DNA of 64,000 nt from Alphaproteobacteria bacterium (lineage in GTDB: Bacteria > Pseudomonadota > Alphaproteobacteria > UBA828), in assembly GCA_965237415.1 (NCBI GenBank), contig CBDEFM010000001.1:64001-128000 (forward strand), given 5' to 3'. Made by a program: the position numbers and the translations under genes. This document shows positions 46,291 to 54,832 of the stretch, one piece after another. Below the pieces are notes generated by a model that ran no database searches, was not told the DNA's origin, and was given only the letters and a program-made list of their open reading frames with translations. Within the stretch, counting starts at the first letter, position 1. Every line of letters begins with the position of its first letter.

Positions 46291-48543
46291 ATGACCAGAA
46301 TCGCGGGCTATGCCGACCGCGTCAGCGTGACGCCGGGAGAGACCATCAACTTCATGGTGAGTTGCGAAGCTCCCTCCTACAAATGCGACATCGTCCGCCT
46401 CGTCTGCGGCGACGAGAACCCCGACGGCCCCGGCGTCAAGGAGAAGGTGGTCAGGACCGGCGCGAGCGGCACCTACAAGGGGCGCCGCCAGGTCTGCTAC
46501 GACGGCTCCTTCATGGAAGTTCCGGCTCATCCCGCGATCCAGGGGCTGGAGAGCTTCACCATTCAGGCGTTCATCTGGCCGACGACGCCCGATCGCGGCA
46601 CCCAGGCGCTGATCTCCAACTGGCGCGATCGCGACAAGGCAGGTGCCGCGCTCATCATCACCAAGAAGGACGGCTCGCTCGCGCTCTGCCTCGGTGACGG
46701 TAAGGGCGAGATCGAGGTGATCGCCACCAACCGACCGCTGATCGCGCACCAGTGGTACTTCGTCGCCGCATCCTACGACGCCGAGTCGAAGCAGGTGACG
46801 CTGGTGCAGCAGCCGCTCAACGAATACCCCAATGTGGACCACGGCCGGACCTTGAGGAAAAAGTCTGCGCTGAGCGGGCCGGGCAAGCACGACGCACCAC
46901 TCACCATGGGCGGCCACTTCAAGCGCGTGGATAAGGGGTGCACCGTCTGCGGCGGCTTCTACAACGGGCGCATCGACAGCCCCCGCATCGCGAACCGCGT
47001 GCTGAGCCCGGCGGAGATGGAGCTTGCCAAGACCCCTCCCACGCACGGATCGCTCGCGACAGCCGTGATCGGCGCCTGGGACTTCTCCCAAGGCATCACG
47101 ACGACGACCGCGACCGATCTCACCGCCAACGCTTTGCACGGCAGCCTCGTCAACATGCCGACGCGCGCCGTCACCGGCTGGTGTTGGGACGGCAGCGAGA
47201 TGAACTGGCAGAGCGCGCCGGAGCAGTACGGCGCGATCCATTTCCACGAGGACGACGTCTACGACGCGCGCTGGGAGGTCGATTTCTCGCTCACCTGCCC
47301 CAAGCGGCTGAAGAGCGGCGTCTACGCCGCGAGGCTCCGGGGCGAAGGCGGCGGCGAGGAATACATCCCCTTCGCCGTCCGCGCCCCGCGCGGCGCGGCG
47401 ACCGCGAAGATCTGCTTCCTGCTCCCCACCGCGAGCTACATGGCCTACGCCAACACCAACATGTCCACCAACATGGGCGCGGCGCAGATTCTCGCCGGCC
47501 GGCTCACGGTGCTGAATGAGAAGAACCTGCAACGCAGCGAGCACCGGGAATACGGCACCTCGCTCTACGACAGCCACATCGACGGCAGCGGCATCTGCTA
47601 CTCCTCGCGGCTCAGGCCGATCCTGAACTTCCGCCCGAAGGCGCTGGAGTGGATCGGCGGCACCGAATCCACGCTCTGGCAGTTCAACGCCGACACGCAT
47701 CTGACCGAGTGGCTGGAAGCGCGGGGCTTCGAGTACGACGTCGTCACCGACGAGGACCTGCACTACGAAGGTCTGTCGGCGATCCAGGACTACACGGTCG
47801 TTCTCAGCGGCTCGCACCCCGAGTACCACTCGAAGGCGATGTGGGACGCGATGCAAGCCTATCAGCAGCGCGGCGGGCGGCTCATGTACATGGGCGCCAA
47901 CGGTTGGTACTGGCGCATCGCCTACCACAACGAGGTGCCGGGATGCATCGAGGTACGCCGCGCCGAGGACGGCATCCGTACCTGGATCGCCCGCCCCGGC
48001 GAGTACTATCACAGCTTCACCGGCGAATACGGCGGCCTCTGGCGGCGCAACGGGCGGCCGCCGCAGGTAATCGTCGGCACCGGCTTCAGCGCTCAGGGCT
48101 TCGACATCTCGTCCTACTACGTGCGCCAGCCGGACAGCTTCAAGCCGGAGGTCGCCTGGATCTTCGAAGGCATCGGCGAGGACGAGAAGATCGGCGATTT
48201 CGGGCTGATCGGCGGCGGCGCAGCAGGGCTGGAGCTCGACCGGGCCGACCCGCTGCTCGGCACGCCGCCCAACACCTACGTGCTCGCGAGCTCTGAAGGC
48301 CACACCGACCTCTACCTCGTGGTCTGCGAGGAGCTCGACGTGAACCGGCCCAATGCCGACGGCACGCAGGACCCGCTGGTGCGCGCCGACATCGTGTTTT
48401 ACGAGACCGCGAACGGCGGCGCGGTGTTCTCCACCAGCTCGATCGCCTGGTGCGGAAGCCTTGCCCACAACGACCACGACAACAACGTCTCGCGCATGAC
48501 CGAGAACGTCCTGCGCCGCTTCGCCGATCCGACCTCGTTCTGA
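46291..48543 (+). CDS. N,N-dimethylformamidase large subunit family protein
   Basis: GYADR.SV.PG, LamG-like domain, YGAIHFH.DD, SY.AYAN, SLYD.H.DGSG, HPEY, LMYMG.NG.YW and GLELDR motifs. Confidence 0.92.
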   Translation: MTRIAGYADRVSVTPGETINFMVSCEAPSYKCDIVRLVCGDENPDGPGVKEKVVRTGASGTYKGRRQVCYDGSFMEVPAHPAIQGLESFTIQAFIWPTTPDRGTQALISNWRDRDKAGAALIITKKDGSLALCLGDGKGEIEVIATNRPLIAHQWYFVAASYDAESKQVTLVQQPLNEYPNVDHGRTLRKKSALSGPGKHDAPLTMGGHFKRVDKGCTVCGGFYNGRIDSPRIANRVLSPAEMELAKTPPTHGSLATAVIGAWDFSQGITTTTATDLTANALHGSLVNMPTRAVTGWCWDGSEMNWQSAPEQYGAIHFHEDDVYDARWEVDFSLTCPKRLKSGVYAARLRGEGGGEEYIPFAVRAPRGAATAKICFLLPTASYMAYANTNMSTNMGAAQILAGRLTVLNEKNLQRSEHREYGTSLYDSHIDGSGICYSSRLRPILNFRPKALEWIGGTESTLWQFNADTHLTEWLEARGFEYDVVTDEDLHYEGLSAIQDYTVVLSGSHPEYHSKAMWDAMQAYQQRGGRLMYMGANGWYWRIAYHNEVPGCIEVRRAEDGIRTWIARPGEYYHSFTGEYGGLWRRNGRPPQVIVGTGFSAQGFDISSYYVRQPDSFKPEVAWIFEGIGEDEKIGDFGLIGGGAAGLELDRADPLLGTPPNTYVLASSEGHTDLYLVVCEELDVNRPNADGTQDPLVRADIVFYETANGGAVFSTSSIAWCGSLAHNDHDNNVSRMTENVLRRFADPTSF

Positions 48544-48577
48544 GCGAGGCACGGCGCTTCCGCCACCGGGGGCCGCG

Positions 48578-49330
48578 ATGAGCGGCCCCGTACTTGAGGT
48601 CGAGGCCCTCACCAAGCGTTTCGGTCCGGTGACCGCCGTCGATGCGTTGAGCTTCACGGTCGCCCGGGGGACGACCGCCGCCCTGCTCGGCGCCAACGGC
48701 GCGGGCAAGACCACCACCATGGCGATGATCCTGGGCCTGCTGCTGCCGAGCGCCGGCACGGTGCGCATCTTCGGCCGCGACCTGGCTGCCCACCGCTATG
48801 CGCTGCTGCCCCGCATGAACTTCTCCTCGCCCTATACAGACCTGCCGCATCGGCTCACGGTGCGCGAGAACCTGACCGTCTACGCCAAGCTCTACGGCCT
48901 CGACGGCGTCAGGCGGCGGATCGAGCGGATGGTCGAGACCCTCGACCTCGGCGCGTTTCTGAAACGGCCGACGGGCAAGCTCTCGGCCGGGCAGCGCACG
49001 CGGGTCGCGCTCGCCAAGGCGCTGCTCAACGATCCGGAGCTGCTGCTGCTGGACGAGCCCTCGGCCTCGCTCGATCCCGACACGGCCGATTGGGTGCGGG
49101 GCGTCATCGAGCGCTACCGCACCGAGACCGGCGCCACCATCCTGCTCGCCTCCCACAACATGGCCGAGGTCGAGCGGCTCTGCGACGACGTGTTCGTGAT
49201 GAGCGGCGGGCGCATCGTTGAGAGCGGCACACCAGAGGCCATGATCGAGCGCCGCGGCCTGAGCACGCTGGAGGAGGTCTTCCTCGAAATCGTGCGGGGC
49301 ACGGCCGGCCTCGGCGAGGCAGCGCAGTGA
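48578..49330 (+). CDS. ABC-2 type exporter ATP-binding protein
   Basis: GANGAGKTT, LSAGQ, LLLDEP and SH motifs. Confidence 0.9.
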   Translation: MSGPVLEVEALTKRFGPVTAVDALSFTVARGTTAALLGANGAGKTTTMAMILGLLLPSAGTVRIFGRDLAAHRYALLPRMNFSSPYTDLPHRLTVRENLTVYAKLYGLDGVRRRIERMVETLDLGAFLKRPTGKLSAGQRTRVALAKALLNDPELLLLDEPSASLDPDTADWVRGVIERYRTETGATILLASHNMAEVERLCDDVFVMSGGRIVESGTPEAMIERRGLSTLEEVFLEIVRGTAGLGEAAQ

Positions 49331-50157
49331 CGGAGACCGGCGCCCTTTGGACCCCGCCGTGGCGAGGGTCGGCAGGGCGGATCGGCGCGCTGGTGCTGCG
49401 CCACACCTATCTGTTGCGGCGCTCCTGGCCGCGCCTGCTGGAGCTCATGTACTGGCCCACGGTGCAGATGATCATCTGGGGCCTCGTCACCATGTTCCTC
49501 GTCACCAACAGCTCGTGGGTGGCGCAGGCAGCCGGGGTCCTGCTCGCCGGCGTCATCCTGTGGGACGTGATGTTCCGCGGCCAGATCGGGCTCTCCCTGG
49601 TGTTCATCGAAGAGATGTGGTCGCGCAATCTCGGCCATCTTTTCGTGAGCCCCTTGCGCCCGTGGGAGCTGATTTTCGCGCTCATGCTCATCAGCCTGAT
49701 CCGCACGCTGATCGGCATGGCGGGCGCGGTGGGCTTTGCATACCTGCTCTACGCGTTCTCGATCTTCGATCTCGGCTTCGCGCTGATCGGCTTCTTCGTG
49801 AACCTGATCGTGATGGGCTGGGCCGTGGGCTTCTTCGTGGCCGGCCTGGTGTTGCGCTACGGCTTAGGTGCGGAGAGCCTTGCCTGGTTCCTGATCTTCG
49901 CGCTGGCGCCCTTCAGCTGCGTCTACTACCCGCTCTCGATCCTGCCGGATTGGCTGGAGCCGGTGGCCGGCGCCCTGCCCTCTGCCCACGTCTTCGAGGG
50001 CATGCGGGAGCTCCTGGTCGACGGCACCTTCAGCGGCGATCACATGATGCGCGCGAGCCTGCTCAACATCGGCTGGATCGCGGCAGGCATCGCCACATTT
50101 CTCGCCTTTCTGCGCAGCGCCCGCATCCGCGGCCTGCTGCATCAGATCGGGGAGTAA
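49327..50157 (+). CDS. ABC-2 type exporter permease
   Basis: Six-TM pattern, EEMWSRNL..LFVSPL and YYP...LP motifs. Confidence 0.88.
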   Translation: MTETGALWTPPWRGSAGRIGALVLRHTYLLRRSWPRLLELMYWPTVQMIIWGLVTMFLVTNSSWVAQAAGVLLAGVILWDVMFRGQIGLSLVFIEEMWSRNLGHLFVSPLRPWELIFALMLISLIRTLIGMAGAVGFAYLLYAFSIFDLGFALIGFFVNLIVMGWAVGFFVAGLVLRYGLGAESLAWFLIFALAPFSCVYYPLSILPDWLEPVAGALPSAHVFEGMRELLVDGTFSGDHMMRASLLNIGWIAAGIATFLAFLRSARIRGLLHQIGE

Positions 50158-50163
50158 GGTTGA

Positions 50164-50267
50164 AGCGGGTCCGACTTTGTCGGACGCGCGACAGGCCGCG
50201 ACTGCGGCCCGCCGCTAATGCGGCGCCCTCGCGGAGGCGTCGGCCGGAGGCCGGCTGCCGTGAGCGA
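50164..50267 (-). repeat. 104-bp multi-hairpin intergenic repeat, copy 2 (inverted relative to copy 1)
   Basis: Reverse complement aligns without gaps to 27261-27364. Confidence 0.85.
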
Positions 50268-50275
50268 TAAATGAC

Positions 50276-51304
50276 TCAGTCTGCGGGGCCGCTGACCCCG
50301 GCTGAGTCGAAGGTTGCCATGCCGTTGTGAGCGGCAATCGCCATGCGCACGAGGGCGGCAGCAAGGGCCGCGCCCGAGGCCTCGCCGAGGCGCAAGCCGA
50401 GGTCGAGCAGCGGTTCGAGTGCCAGCGCCTCCAGCAGCCGCCGATGCCCCGGTTCCGCCGAGCGGTGAGCGACCTGGGTGTGGTCGAGGCCGCCAGCGCG
50501 CAGCCGCGCCACGACGGCCGCGGCGGCGGTGCAGGCAAAGCCGTCGAGCAGCACGGGCACACGGCTCTCCCGCGCTTGGACGACGGCGCCCGCGATCGCC
50601 GCCAGCTCCCGGCCGCCGACGCAACTGAGCGCGGCAAGCGGATCGTGCCGGGCGCGGACATGGCGCGCGAGTGCCGCATCGACCACGGCCGCCTTGCGCG
50701 CGAGGCCTTCGGCATCGACGCCCGTCCCCGGCCCCACCCACGTTGCGCCGGCGCCGCCACAGAGAGCCGCCGCCAGCGCGGCTGCGGCGGTGGTGTTGCC
50801 GATTCCCATCTCGCCGAGGCAGAGCAGGTCGGCGCCCGCGTCCACCGCGGCCATTCCAGCCTCCAGCGCCGCGACGCAGTCCGCTTCGGCAAGCGCCGGC
50901 GCCTCGGTCATGTCCTCGGTGGGCGTCTCCAGATCGAGGGGCACCACCATCAACTCTGCGCCCAGCACGTCGCAGAGCTGGTTGATGGCGGCCCCGCCGG
51001 CCTCGAAATTGGCCACCATCTGTGCGGTCACCGTCGCGGGGTAGGCGGAGACACCGCGCGCCGTCACCCCGTGATTGCCGGCGAAGACCAGCACTTGGAT
51101 ACGCTCCGCGCGCGGCGGATGACGCCCCTGCCACGCGGCGGCCCATTGGGCGAGCGATTCGAGCCGCCCGAGCGCGCCTGCCGGCTTGGTGAGGTGCGCA
51201 TCGTGTGCCCTGGCCCGCTCGGCCGCCGCCTCGTCCGGCCCCGGCATGGCCGCAACGCGGTCGCAAAATGCGGTCAACGAACCGAGCCCGGACTCATCGG
51301 CCAT
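50276..51304 (-). CDS. cobT: Nicotinate-nucleotide--dimethylbenzimidazole phosphoribosyltransferase
   Basis: LTKP.GALGRLE, FAGNHGV, GEMGIGNTT and LRLGEASGA motifs. Confidence 0.94.
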   Translation of the reverse strand: MADESGLGSLTAFCDRVAAMPGPDEAAAERARAHDAHLTKPAGALGRLESLAQWAAAWQGRHPPRAERIQVLVFAGNHGVTARGVSAYPATVTAQMVANFEAGGAAINQLCDVLGAELMVVPLDLETPTEDMTEAPALAEADCVAALEAGMAAVDAGADLLCLGEMGIGNTTAAAALAAALCGGAGATWVGPGTGVDAEGLARKAAVVDAALARHVRARHDPLAALSCVGGRELAAIAGAVVQARESRVPVLLDGFACTAAAAVVARLRAGGLDHTQVAHRSAEPGHRRLLEALALEPLLDLGLRLGEASGAALAAALVRMAIAAHNGMATFDSAGVSGPAD

Positions 51305-51320
51305 GTCGCGGCCCGTTCAG

Positions 51321-51432
51321 CCCACCTCCCCCTGTCCCCCTCCCCCCGGCGGGCGGAGGGGGAACGTAGGTGGCGCCGCCCGTTACTCCCTCTCCGCCCC
51401 TGGGGGCGGAGAGGGCCGGGGTGAGGTGGGGG
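51321..51432. repeat. ~110-bp REP-dimer (REPIN-like) element, copy B
   Basis: Near-identical to 33833-33942, same orientation. Confidence 0.88.
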
Positions 51433-51603
51433 TGTTGACTCCGACCGTCAAGAAGACACGCGCGCGCCGAGCCTTCGCAAGAGGTCTGGAGCGAAATTTC
51501 GAACTGAGTCACTACCCTCTGCCGGGCTTTCTTGGCCACGACCGCGCCCTGGCCTATAAGGCTGAGGGAGGATGCCGGGCCGCGGCGGCTCGGACAAGGG
51601 CAC

Positions 51604-52410
51604 ATGCGTTACGACGACGGCGACGAGGCTCCCCTCCAACAGGCGGCGTACCGCACGGTGCGGGTCTGGCGGAGCGACCTCCGCACCACCCTTCTCTTCC
51701 TGACGCGCGTGCCGTTGAAGGCGGCACGGCCGGAGGGGGACACGCCGCCGCTCGGCCGCGCGGTTCGTGCCTTTCCCATCGTGGGCGCGCTCATCGGGCT
51801 CGTCGCCGGGATCGTCTACGGGATCGCCGCAGGGATCGGCCTGCCGGACATCGTGGCGGCGGTGCTCGCCGTCGGCGCCGGCGCGCTGGTCACCGGCGCG
51901 TTGCACGAGGACGGCCTTGCGGACATGGCCGACGGCTTCGGCGGCGGGCAAACGCGCGAGCGCAAGCTCGCGATCATGCGCGACAGCCGCATCGGCGCCT
52001 ACGGCGTGATCGCACTGGTGGTTGTGCTGGCGGCGAAGGCAGGCGCGATCGCGGACCTCGGCAGCACCGGCCTCGCGATCGCCGGCATGGTGGCCGCCGC
52101 GGCCGTCTCGCGCGCGGCGATGCCGGCGGTCATGCTGTGGACGGAGCCGGCACGGAGCGACGGCCTCGCGGCCGATGCGGGGAGGCCTCCGTCCGCCCAT
52201 GTGTGGACCGGCCTCGCGCTCGCGGCCGTGCTCGCCGTGGGTCTCCTGACCTGGAGCGGGCTCGTCGCCTTCCTCGTCGCGGGCGTCGGCGCTGCCGCAG
52301 TCGCCTGGCTTGCCGAGCGGCAAGTGGGCGGCCACACTGGGGATGTTCTGGGCGGCGTTCAACAGTTCTCAGAGGTCCTGTTCCTCCTCACCCTCGCGGC
52401 GGTTAGATGA
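51604..52410 (+). CDS. cobS: Adenosylcobinamide-GDP ribazoletransferase
   Basis: FLTR.P, TGALHEDGLAD.ADG, IMRDSRIG.YG and GG.TGDVLG motifs. Confidence 0.93.
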   Translation: MRYDDGDEAPLQQAAYRTVRVWRSDLRTTLLFLTRVPLKAARPEGDTPPLGRAVRAFPIVGALIGLVAGIVYGIAAGIGLPDIVAAVLAVGAGALVTGALHEDGLADMADGFGGGQTRERKLAIMRDSRIGAYGVIALVVVLAAKAGAIADLGSTGLAIAGMVAAAAVSRAAMPAVMLWTEPARSDGLAADAGRPPSAHVWTGLALAAVLAVGLLTWSGLVAFLVAGVGAAAVAWLAERQVGGHTGDVLGGVQQFSEVLFLLTLAAVR

Positions 52411-53036
52411 ATTCTCGCACCATCGTGACCCGGTGGTGGTGGGTGCGCCACGCGCCCGTCACCGACCATGGCGGCCGGCTCTACGGCCGCACCAACGTGC
52501 TCGCCAACACCAGCGAGCGGCCGCCCTTCGAGGCGCTGGCCTGCGCGCTGCCCGAAGATGCCGTGTGGCTCACGAGCGACCTGCTGCGCACCCATCAGAC
52601 CGCCGACGCAATCGCCGAGGCCGGCCACGCGGTGCCGGCGAGGGCTATTGAGGCGGACCTGGACGAGCAGGATTTCGGTGCGTGGCAGGGGCTCACCTGG
52701 AACGAGGTCGCGACCGAGCGGGGCGGCCTCGCCCACAAGTACTGGGTTGCGCCGGCCCATGTGACCCCGCCGGAGGGCGAGAGCTTCGTCGACGTGATCG
52801 AGCGGGTCACCGCCGCCGTCACCCGCCGGACGACGCAGCACGCAGGCAGCGACATCGTTGCCGTGGCCCACGGGGGCTCGATCCGCGCCGCCCTCGCCCT
52901 CGCGCTCGGCCTCGATCCGGAACGCGCGCTGGCATTCAGCATCGACAACCTCTCGATCACCCGCATCGACCACGTGGAGGGACCCGCCAGGGGCGGCGCC
53001 TGGCGCGTCGCCGCGGTCAACCTGCCGGCGGTCTGA
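52407..53036 (+). CDS. Histidine phosphatase family protein (probable CobC-like alpha-ribazole phosphatase)
   Basis: RHA, SDL.RT.QTA, EQDFG.WQG, PEGES and HGG motifs; coupled to cobS. Confidence 0.82.
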   Translation: MNSRTIVTRWWWVRHAPVTDHGGRLYGRTNVLANTSERPPFEALACALPEDAVWLTSDLLRTHQTADAIAEAGHAVPARAIEADLDEQDFGAWQGLTWNEVATERGGLAHKYWVAPAHVTPPEGESFVDVIERVTAAVTRRTTQHAGSDIVAVAHGGSIRAALALALGLDPERALAFSIDNLSITRIDHVEGPARGGAWRVAAVNLPAV

Positions 53037-53113
53037 CGACGGGCCCAGGCACGCCAAGGGCCCGGACGCGCGGGCCGGCTGCGCAATACGGGCGGAGCGC
53101 GTAGACTCGCGCC

Positions 53114-54445
53114 ATGAAGCCCCAGGATGCGCCGAGCCTGTTCGAGGACGCAGCGCCGAGGCCGCTCGCCGACCGGTTGCGCCCGCGTGCGCTCGACGAG
53201 GTGGTGGGGCAGGATCACCTGCTGCGACCCGACGGCCCGCTCGGGCGGATGGTGGCGAGCGGCGCGCTGGCATCCACGATCCTCTGGGGGCCGCCCGGTT
53301 GCGGCAAGACCACGATTGCCCGCCTGCTCGCCGACCACACAGACATGTTGTTCGCGCCGCTCAGCGCGGTCTTCTCCGGCGTCGCCGAGCTGCGCAAGGT
53401 GTTCGCCGAAGCGCGCGACCGCCGTGTCGGCGGCATCGGCACGTTGCTTTTTGTCGACGAAATCCACCGCTTCAACCGGGCGCAGCAGGACGCCTTCCTG
53501 CCCGTGGTCGAGGACGGCACCGTCATCCTCGTCGGCGCCACCACCGAGAACCCCTCGTTCGAGCTTAACGGCGCCCTGCTCTCGCGCTGCGCGGTGCTGG
53601 TTCTCAACCGGCTCGGCGACAGCGCGCTGGAAACCCTGCTCGCGCGCGCCGAGGAGGCGGAGGGCCGCGCACTGCCGCTCAGCGCCGATGCCCGCCTCAT
53701 GCTGCGGGCCATGGCCGACGGCGACGGCCGCGCGCTCATCAACTTGGCCGAAGCGCTGTTCGCGGCCGGCGCCAGCACGCCGCTCGACGTGCCTCAGCTG
53801 ATGGAGACAGTGCAGCGCCGCGCGCCGCTCTACGACAAGTCGCAGGAGGGCCACTACAACCTGATCTCGGCCTTGCACAAGTCGCTGCGCGGCTCGGACA
53901 CCGACGCCGCGCTCTACTGGCTCGCCCGCATGCTCGCCGGCGGTGAGGACCCCCGCTATATCGCCCGCCGCCTCGTGCGTTTCGCGGTCGAGGATGTGGG
54001 GCTCGCCGACCCGGACGCGCTGCCGCAGGCGCTCGCCGGCTGGGAGGCTTATGAGCGGCTGGGATCGCCCGAAGGCGAGCTCGCCATCGCCCAGACCGTG
54101 ATCTATCTCGGCACGGCGGCGAAATCGAACGCGAGCTACCGTGCCCTCTCGCACGCCATGGCATCGGCCCGCGAGACCGGCTCGCTGATGCCGCCCAAGC
54201 ACATCCTCAACGCGCCGACGCGGCTGATGAAGGACCTCGGCTACGGCAAGGGCTATGTCTACGACCACGACACGGAGGAAGGATTCTCGGCCCAGAACTA
54301 TTTTCCCGAGGGGATGGCGCGGCGCAGCTTCTACGAGCCGTTGGCGCGCGGCTTCGAGCGCGAGGTGCTGAAGCGCCTCGCCTACTGGCAGAAGCTGCGC
54401 GAGGCCGCCGGCGACGACGGGGCGGACGCGGAGGACGACGGGTGA
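53114..54445 (+). CDS. rarA: Replication-associated recombination protein A
   Basis: PLADRLRP, GPPGCGKTT, DEIHRFN, GATTENP and SALHKS.RGSD motifs. Confidence 0.95.
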   Translation: MKPQDAPSLFEDAAPRPLADRLRPRALDEVVGQDHLLRPDGPLGRMVASGALASTILWGPPGCGKTTIARLLADHTDMLFAPLSAVFSGVAELRKVFAEARDRRVGGIGTLLFVDEIHRFNRAQQDAFLPVVEDGTVILVGATTENPSFELNGALLSRCAVLVLNRLGDSALETLLARAEEAEGRALPLSADARLMLRAMADGDGRALINLAEALFAAGASTPLDVPQLMETVQRRAPLYDKSQEGHYNLISALHKSLRGSDTDAALYWLARMLAGGEDPRYIARRLVRFAVEDVGLADPDALPQALAGWEAYERLGSPEGELAIAQTVIYLGTAAKSNASYRALSHAMASARETGSLMPPKHILNAPTRLMKDLGYGKGYVYDHDTEEGFSAQNYFPEGMARRSFYEPLARGFEREVLKRLAYWQKLREAAGDDGADAEDDG

Positions 54446-54831
54446 AGATCGCGCTCGCCATCGCGCTGGGCGGCGCACTGGGTTCCGTCGGGCGATACTA
54501 CGTCATGGGCGCTGCCGAGCGCTGGCTCGCATCGCTCATCGGGGCGGGTTTCCCTTACGGCACCCTGACCGTCAACGTCGTGGGCTCCTTCATCCTCGGC
54601 GCGCTGGTGCAGGGGCTCGCGGTCTCCTTCGACGCGGGAGAGGTGGTGCAGCGTTTCCTCTTCGTGGGGCTTCTCGGTGGCTTCACCACCTTCTCCGCCT
54701 TCTCGGCGGACAGCATCGCCATGCTGGAGCGGGGCGATGTCGGCCGGGCGCTGCTCTATATCGCGCTCTCGGTCGTTCTCTCGGTCGGCGGCTTCTATTG
54801 CGGGCTCAAGCTGGTACGCGGGGTGCTCTGA
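54442..54831 (+). CDS. crcB: Fluoride efflux channel
   Basis: GGALG...RY, FPYGTL.VN..GSF and G.LGGFTTFSAF motifs. Confidence 0.93.
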   Translation: MKIALAIALGGALGSVGRYYVMGAAERWLASLIGAGFPYGTLTVNVVGSFILGALVQGLAVSFDAGEVVQRFLFVGLLGGFTTFSAFSADSIAMLERGDVGRALLYIALSVVLSVGGFYCGLKLVRGVL

Positions 54832-54832
54832 C

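Noticed and set aside
46285-48768. 827-aa minus-strand ORF (likewise 29527-31389, 52595-54478, 44027-45808)
   Set aside because: Antisense shadows of well-supported genes.
51305-51603. Cobalamin riboswitch between cobT and cobS
   Set aside because: No B12-box-like motifs seen; the structure is explained by the REP-dimer repeat.
54380-54445. Fluoride riboswitch upstream of crcB
   Set aside because: crcB overlaps the rarA stop, so there is no leader sequence.
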